Below are positions 59,261-64,000 of a stretch of 64,000 nucleotides of DNA, piece after piece. The DNA is taken from NCBI GenBank assembly GCA_963737265.1, contig CAVTRY010000016.1, positions 1-64,000 on the forward strand. The letters are read 5' to 3'. How positions within the stretch are numbered: position 1 is the stretch's first letter; every line of letters begins with the position of its first letter. Source of the stretch: an uncultured delta proteobacterium (GTDB lineage: Bacteria > Myxococcota_A > Polyangia > Fen-1088). The notes under the pieces were generated by a model that was not told where the DNA came from, searched no databases, and saw only the letters and a list, made by a program, of their open reading frames with translations. Made by a program: the position numbers and the translations under genes.

Positions 59261-60634
59261 TCAGATGGTTCTCGAGAACCGCCGCTCGTCTTGACCGAGG
59301 TACGCGTCGAACGTCATCGCCAGATTGCGAATCAGCAACCGCCCTGTGTCGGTGACGGTGAGCGCGTTGTCGTCGATGGTCACGAGACCATCCGAGGCCG
59401 GGCCAGCGAAGGCCGCGAGCTCCGGGGCGAAATGATCAGCGAAGTCGACGGCGAGGGTCTTCGAGAGAGCCCTGTAGTCCAGCGACAGATCACACATCAG
59501 GCGCATGATCACTTCGCGGCGCAGGATGTCCTCGTCGCTCAAGAACCGCGCTCGACTGACGGGCAGCTGGCCGGAGTCGAGGCGAGCATAGTAGGCGTCG
59601 AGCGTCTTTTCGTTCTGCCGGTAGTGCGTGGTCGTCTGCGAGATCGAAGACATCCCGAAGGCGTAGATATCGACGCCGGCTCGCGTGCTGTAGCCCTGGA
59701 AGTTGCGCTGGAGTGTGTGCGCGCGTTGCGCGACGGCGAGCTCATCGTCTTCACGCGCGAAGTGATCCATCCCGATGTAGACGTAGCCCCGCTCGGTCAG
59801 CGTCTCGATTCCCTGTTTCAGCATGGCCAGCTTTGCTTCGGGGCTCGGCGCCTCCGCCATCGGAAGCAGCTTTTGCGCCGGTTTCAACCGAGGCATGTGG
59901 GCGTAGCTGAACATGGCGAGGCGATCGGGCTGGAGCTCGAGCGCGAGGTCCAGCGTGCGCGCGAAGGAGGCCGGCGTCTGGCGAGGTAGACCGTAGATGA
60001 GGTCGAGGTTGAGCGATCGGTAGCCGGTCTGGCGGATCCACTCCGCCGCGCGATCACTCACCTCCTTCGGTTGAATCCTGTGGATCGCTTGCTGGACGGC
60101 AGAATCGAAGTCCTGGATACCAAAGGAGGCGCGATTGGCGCCGAGCTCGCGGAACGCCTGCACCTGTTCGAGGGTCAGACGCCGTGGATCCAGCTCGACG
60201 CCAATCTCGACTCCCGCTTCCAATGAGAAGTGCGCGCGAAGCATGGCCGCCAGGCGCGCGATCTGTCGGGGCGAAAGAAAATTGGGCGTGCCTCCTCCGA
60301 GGTGGACCTGCACCACGCGGCTGTCCGGGTGCAGCTCCTTCGCCGTCAGAGCGAGCTCCTTGTCGAGGTAGTCGAGGTAAGTATCCGCGCGACCGCGGTC
60401 GCGACCGATGATGGTCGTGCACCCGCAGAACCAACAGAGCGACTCGCAGAACGGCAGATGGAAATAGAGCGACATCGGTCGCGCGCTCCGACTGCTCGCG
60501 CGAAGGTCCTGTAACAGCGCGTCGCGAGAAAAGTGCTCCGTGAATTCCAGCGCGGTCGGATACGAGGTGTAGCGCGGTCCCGGCACGTCGTACTTGCGGA
60601 TCAGATCGAGGTCAACGTGAAGACGGGCGGTCAT
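59261..60634 (-). CDS. hemN: Oxygen-independent coproporphyrinogen III oxidase
   Basis: GPRYTSYPTA, HLPFCESLCWFCGC radical-SAM motif, GGGTP, RNFQGY, FSRTI. Confidence 0.97.
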   Translation of the reverse strand: MTARLHVDLDLIRKYDVPGPRYTSYPTALEFTEHFSRDALLQDLRASSRSARPMSLYFHLPFCESLCWFCGCTTIIGRDRGRADTYLDYLDKELALTAKELHPDSRVVQVHLGGGTPNFLSPRQIARLAAMLRAHFSLEAGVEIGVELDPRRLTLEQVQAFRELGANRASFGIQDFDSAVQQAIHRIQPKEVSDRAAEWIRQTGYRSLNLDLIYGLPRQTPASFARTLDLALELQPDRLAMFSYAHMPRLKPAQKLLPMAEAPSPEAKLAMLKQGIETLTERGYVYIGMDHFAREDDELAVAQRAHTLQRNFQGYSTRAGVDIYAFGMSSISQTTTHYRQNEKTLDAYYARLDSGQLPVSRARFLSDEDILRREVIMRLMCDLSLDYRALSKTLAVDFADHFAPELAAFAGPASDGLVTIDDNALTVTDTGRLLIRNLAMTFDAYLGQDERRFSRTI

Positions 60635-60706
60635 GGTTCTCGATTCAGCGAGGTCTGGGACACGGGCTGGCCTGACTGCAAGAGAGGAGCCACGGACGGC
60701 TGGGCG

Positions 60707-61330
60707 TCAAGCGAAGGCGGAGTGCGGCGCGCCTGGCCCGACCCAGGATCGAAGCGCTGCCAGCGTCACGGGCGGCGAGGCCGCCACCGGGCTCTCGAGA
60801 GTGGCTTCGACGCGCGCCACGATGGTGATCGTCTCTCCGAGAAGTTGATCGCTCAGCCAGTGTCCCACGCCCCACTTCTTGTGCAGGCCGAGCGCTTTCC
60901 GATCGATGGACGCCCTGGCCGTACAGACGAAGCGGGGTGTTCCGGCGGGGTCGATCTTCATCGCGTATGTGTCGACAACGACGGAGATCTCCTTCCGATA
61001 GGCGCGGAGACCGAGCCACCCCACGAGGGTGAGCCGATCCGAGCCGTCGATCTCCAGGCGCTCGCCGTCGAAGTCCAGGGCCGGCTCCCAGCGCTGATCG
61101 AACAGCTCCGTGCGCAGGATCGCGTCGTCGCGGTTGGGCGACCCCGTGTCGATGCTCGAGAGCTCTACCCAGATCCTCGCTGCGCCCCTTCGAGGATTTG
61201 CCTCGTCAATCAGGACCTGACCACCCCAACAACGGAACTGCCCGGCAATCTCGCCGAGCAGCTTGTGGTGGAGGCCGAATCCCAACGTCGATCGTTCCAC
61301 ATCGATCTTCCAATGCTCCTGAGTCTCCAT
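60707..61330 (-). CDS. YceI-family protein
   Basis: WKIDVERSTLGF, SIDTGSPNRDDAIL, IDRKALG. Confidence 0.85.
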   Translation of the reverse strand: METQEHWKIDVERSTLGFGLHHKLLGEIAGQFRCWGGQVLIDEANPRRGAARIWVELSSIDTGSPNRDDAILRTELFDQRWEPALDFDGERLEIDGSDRLTLVGWLGLRAYRKEISVVVDTYAMKIDPAGTPRFVCTARASIDRKALGLHKKWGVGHWLSDQLLGETITIVARVEATLESPVAASPPVTLAALRSWVGPGAPHSAFA

Positions 61331-61392
61331 CGCGAGCCTTCCTTCGATCCAGATGGACGTCGTGCCAGATGGACGTCGCGGGCGCCCCTCCG

Positions 61393-61968
61393 TCAGACCG
61401 GGAATTCCTTGGTGCTGATCTCCCGATGTCCGCCGGTGAACACGCTCGGGCGTGGGGTGGCGTCGTCCGGCGGTTGGGGCTGACTGCGCGCAATCGGATC
61501 GTCCTTGAGCAGCGCCGTGCCTCTGGCGGCGCCGCCACGCGGGCCGACCGCCTCGCGCCACAGGATGGAGCGCACCGTCTCCAGTGCCTGCCGCCCGGGC
61601 GCCTTTTCCACCAGGTCGGCCAGGCTCAGGATCCCGACCAGCGTTCCGCTGGGGTCGGTGATGACCAGGCGCGCTCTGCGCTCCTCGACCATCAGTTGCT
61701 CGGCGTCGCGAACGTCGGTCGTCTCCAGGCAGGTGAGGGCCGGAGAGGTCATCACCATGGCGGCGGACGTCGTCTCGGCCGCCAGCCTCTTGGCCAGGGC
61801 GCGCGTGGTGAGGTCGCGATCCGTCACCACGCCGATGATGTGTTTGCGCGCGTCGCAGATCGGCAGAAAGCCGACGCCTGCCTCCGCCATCACCGTGGCC
61901 GCCCTGAGGATCGTGTCCTTCTCGTTTAACCACTCCAGGTTCCTGTTCATGATGTCAGCACATTTCAT
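61393..61968 (-). CDS. CBS-domain protein
   Basis: IGVVTDRDL, LVGILSLADL; GGAGG RBS. Confidence 0.9.
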   Translation of the reverse strand: MKCADIMNRNLEWLNEKDTILRAATVMAEAGVGFLPICDARKHIIGVVTDRDLTTRALAKRLAAETTSAAMVMTSPALTCLETTDVRDAEQLMVEERRARLVITDPSGTLVGILSLADLVEKAPGRQALETVRSILWREAVGPRGGAARGTALLKDDPIARSQPQPPDDATPRPSVFTGGHREISTKEFPV

Positions 61969-61993
61969 GACGTCTCCTCCTGCCGGGCTCGAC

Positions 61994-62009
61994 TGCATCG
62001 GTCGTACCA
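61994..62009 (-). promoter_or_regulatory. Sigma-54 promoter of the minus-strand CBS-yceI genes
   Basis: TGGTAC-GACCG-ATGCA, GG-N10-GC. Confidence 0.6.
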
Positions 62010-62049
62010 GTTTGGCGGGCAGCGGACCGCCGCCAACGGCGGCCCGTCA

Positions 62050-62070
62050 AGCGCGCGAATTCTGCGCGCT
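62050..62070. promoter_or_regulatory. Inverted repeat between the divergent promoters
   Basis: AGCGCGC-N7-GCGCGCT. Confidence 0.35.
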
Positions 62071-62139
62071 CGGCCGGTTGCCTCGGAATCCTTGCGCGCC
62101 GGCCGGGCGAGCAGCGCGACGGGCCTCGGCCGCCGCCAT

Positions 62140-62154
62140 TGGCATCAGACTTGA
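62140..62154 (+). promoter_or_regulatory. Sigma-54-like promoter of the CBS-enzyme I genes (variant -12)
   Basis: TGGCAT-CAGAC-TTGA. Confidence 0.45.
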
Positions 62155-62183
62155 TTGCTCGCCATTCCGAGGGGGGTCGAGCG

Positions 62184-62618
62184 ATGAACACCACAGCAAT
62201 CATGACCCGGGACGTCGTCGTGGTATCACCGACGGTCAGCGTGGCCGGGGCGACCCACATGATGGAGAGGCTCAAGATTCGTCACCTTCCGGTCGTCGAA
62301 GGGGGGCGCCTGGTCGGCATTTTGTCCGACCGCGATCTGGCCAGACACGGAAGCGGGGTTGCCTGTGCGGAAGCGATGACCGTGGCCCTGGTGACCTGCT
62401 CGCCCGAGTCGTCCGTTGGCCGTGTCGCGCAGCTCATGCTGGAACACAAGATCGATTCGATTCCCATCGTGAGCGCGTCGGGGGCGCTCACCGGGCTGGT
62501 CACCTCGACGGATCTGCTCGGGCTCTTGGTGGACCGCGAGCAAGCCCAAATCTTGCCGTTCGATTTTCGCTTGCGGATCGCTCACTCCGAGAGCGACGCG
62601 CGGGCCCTCGCCGCGTGA
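62184..62618 (+). CDS. CBS-domain protein
   Basis: IRHLPVV..LVGILSDRDL, IPIV..GLVTSTDL. Confidence 0.9.
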   Translation: MNTTAIMTRDVVVVSPTVSVAGATHMMERLKIRHLPVVEGGRLVGILSDRDLARHGSGVACAEAMTVALVTCSPESSVGRVAQLMLEHKIDSIPIVSASGALTGLVTSTDLLGLLVDREQAQILPFDFRLRIAHSESDARALAA

Positions 62619-62625
62619 GGATCGC

Positions 62626-64000
62626 GTGCTGCTGAGAGGAACCGCCGTTTCTCCCGGAATCGGCCGGGGCTCGGCCTTCGTGCTCGCATTCGCCAGCGGC
62701 GCGGCGGCCCCCCGCCGGGGAATCTCGACGGAGGAGGTCGACGTCGAATTGGCTCGCCTCGAGGAGGCGCTGGCTCGCGCGGAGGAGGAGCTCGCAGCGG
62801 TCAGGAGCTCCGTGAGCGACAAGATTGGTCCGCGCGAGGGTGAAATCTTCACCGCCCAGGCGCTCGTCGTTCGCGACCCCATGCTTCGGAGTCAGATCTC
62901 CGCCCTGATCCGGGACCAGAGGATCAACGCCGAAGCCGCGGTCGCCGAGGTGGTCGAGAGCTTCACCAAGACATTTGGCGAGATCCCCAATCCCTACCTC
63001 CGCGAGCGGGCGAGTGACATTCGCGACGTGGGCCGGCGGGTTCTGGCCGCGCTGGTGGGGACGCATGAGCAGCTGGAGGTGCCAGAAGGCGCCGTGGTCG
63101 TCGCAGAGGAGTTGCTTCCCTCCGTGACGGCGCGGCTCGAGGTCGGCCACATCCGGGCCTTCGTCAGCGAGCACGGAGGTCGATTCTCGCACGCGTCGAT
63201 CATGGCTCGCTCGCAGGGAATGCCGGCGGTCACCGGGATCCCGGGCGCATCACGGGCGATCGAGACCGGCAATCGACTGATCGTCGACGGCATCACGGGG
63301 GTGGTCTTCGTCAATCCATCCGACGCCGTCGAGCGGGAGTACGAACGGCTCGAGACGGAAATCAGAGCCGACCGGGACCGACTCCGCGAGACCGTCGACT
63401 TGCCCGCCGTGACCCTGGATGGGACCCAGATCGGCCTCCTGGCCAATGCGGGAAAGCTCGCCGACACGGAAGCCGCCCTGCTCTACAAGGCCGACGGGAT
63501 CGGGCTCTACCGAACCGAGTTCGCGTACGCGATCCGGGACGACTTCCCGACCGAGAACGAACAGTTCGAATTCCTCGAACGCGCCGCTGCGCGCCTCCAT
63601 CCTCGTCGCGTGGTCTTCCGGTTGCTCGACCTCGGGGCTGACAAGCAGCTCCCCTATTTCCCCCTGCCGCTCAGGCGCAATCCATTGTTGGCCGAACGTG
63701 GCATCAGGCTTCTGCTCAACCACCCGGAGCTCCTCAGGCGACAGCTGCGAGCGTTCCTGCGGGTCAGTGCCTCGCATCCCGTGTCGATCCTTCTTCCGAT
63801 GGTCAGTGGGGTCGAGGATGTTCGCCGAACACGCGAAGTCCTCCGAGACGCGCAGGAAGAGCTTCGTGCCGCCGGGCTTCCCTTCGATCCGCGGGTCTTG
63901 ATCGGAGCGATGATCGAGATTCCGGCGGCAGTGCTGGTGGCGCGCGACCTGGCAAAGGAGGTCGACTTCTTCAGCCTGGGAACGAACGATCTCGTGCAGT
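62626..64000 (+). CDS. ptsP: Phosphoenolpyruvate-protein phosphotransferase (PTS enzyme I), runs off the window
   Basis: Own translation: LRGTAVSPGIG, YLRERASDIRDV, GGRFSHASIMARS phospho-His, GIGLYRTEF, MIEIP, FSLGTNDL. Confidence 0.93.
   Translation, partial: MLLRGTAVSPGIGRGSAFVLAFASGAAAPRRGISTEEVDVELARLEEALARAEEELAAVRSSVSDKIGPREGEIFTAQALVVRDPMLRSQISALIRDQRINAEAAVAEVVESFTKTFGEIPNPYLRERASDIRDVGRRVLAALVGTHEQLEVPEGAVVVAEELLPSVTARLEVGHIRAFVSEHGGRFSHASIMARSQGMPAVTGIPGASRAIETGNRLIVDGITGVVFVNPSDAVEREYERLETEIRADRDRLRETVDLPAVTLDGTQIGLLANAGKLADTEAALLYKADGIGLYRTEFAYAIRDDFPTENEQFEFLERAAARLHPRRVVFRLLDLGADKQLPYFPLPLRRNPLLAERGIRLLLNHPELLRRQLRAFLRVSASHPVSILLPMVSGVEDVRRTREVLRDAQEELRAAGLPFDPRVLIGAMIEIPAAVLVARDLAKEVDFFSLGTNDLVQ

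Overview
High-GC bacterial DNA. The gene style (Gly/Thr-linker lipoproteins, TonB-fused receptor, ECF sigma with a TPR-tailed anti-sigma) suggests Myxococcota/Polyangia; this is an inference. 1-16.5 kb is a stack of decayed integrative elements: two 3' fragments of tRNA-Val(CAC) act as att sites (3765-3809, 16445-16488), with a tyrosine-integrase remnant, an IS3 inserted in another IS3, and a probable nested 4-kb element whose empty site rebuilds a tRNA-Leu(CAG)-like anticodon hairpin. Cargo includes a PAS hybrid kinase, a ParDE pair and an ECF sigma / anti-sigma / outer-membrane protein / catalytically dead SGNH lipoprotein / esterase module. 16.5-64 kb looks chromosomal: pqiAABC, GH30, CheBR-kinase, squalene synthase + hpnA opposite a TonB-receptor/lipoprotein/ExbBD/TonB/RND cluster, porin + MFS, a double-glycine precursor coupled to a stand-alone C39 peptidase lipoprotein, carbonic anhydrase, GST, a kinase with an 18-bp VNTR, KimA-like and NCS2 transporters, hemN, two CBS genes and a partial PTS enzyme I gene. 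No intact rRNA, tRNA or CRISPR array was seen. The best candidates for an undescribed system are the ECF surface-signalling module (10.5-15.5 kb) and the double-Gly/C39 pair (45.8-46.7 kb). All family calls come from motif recognition by eye; no database searches were run.
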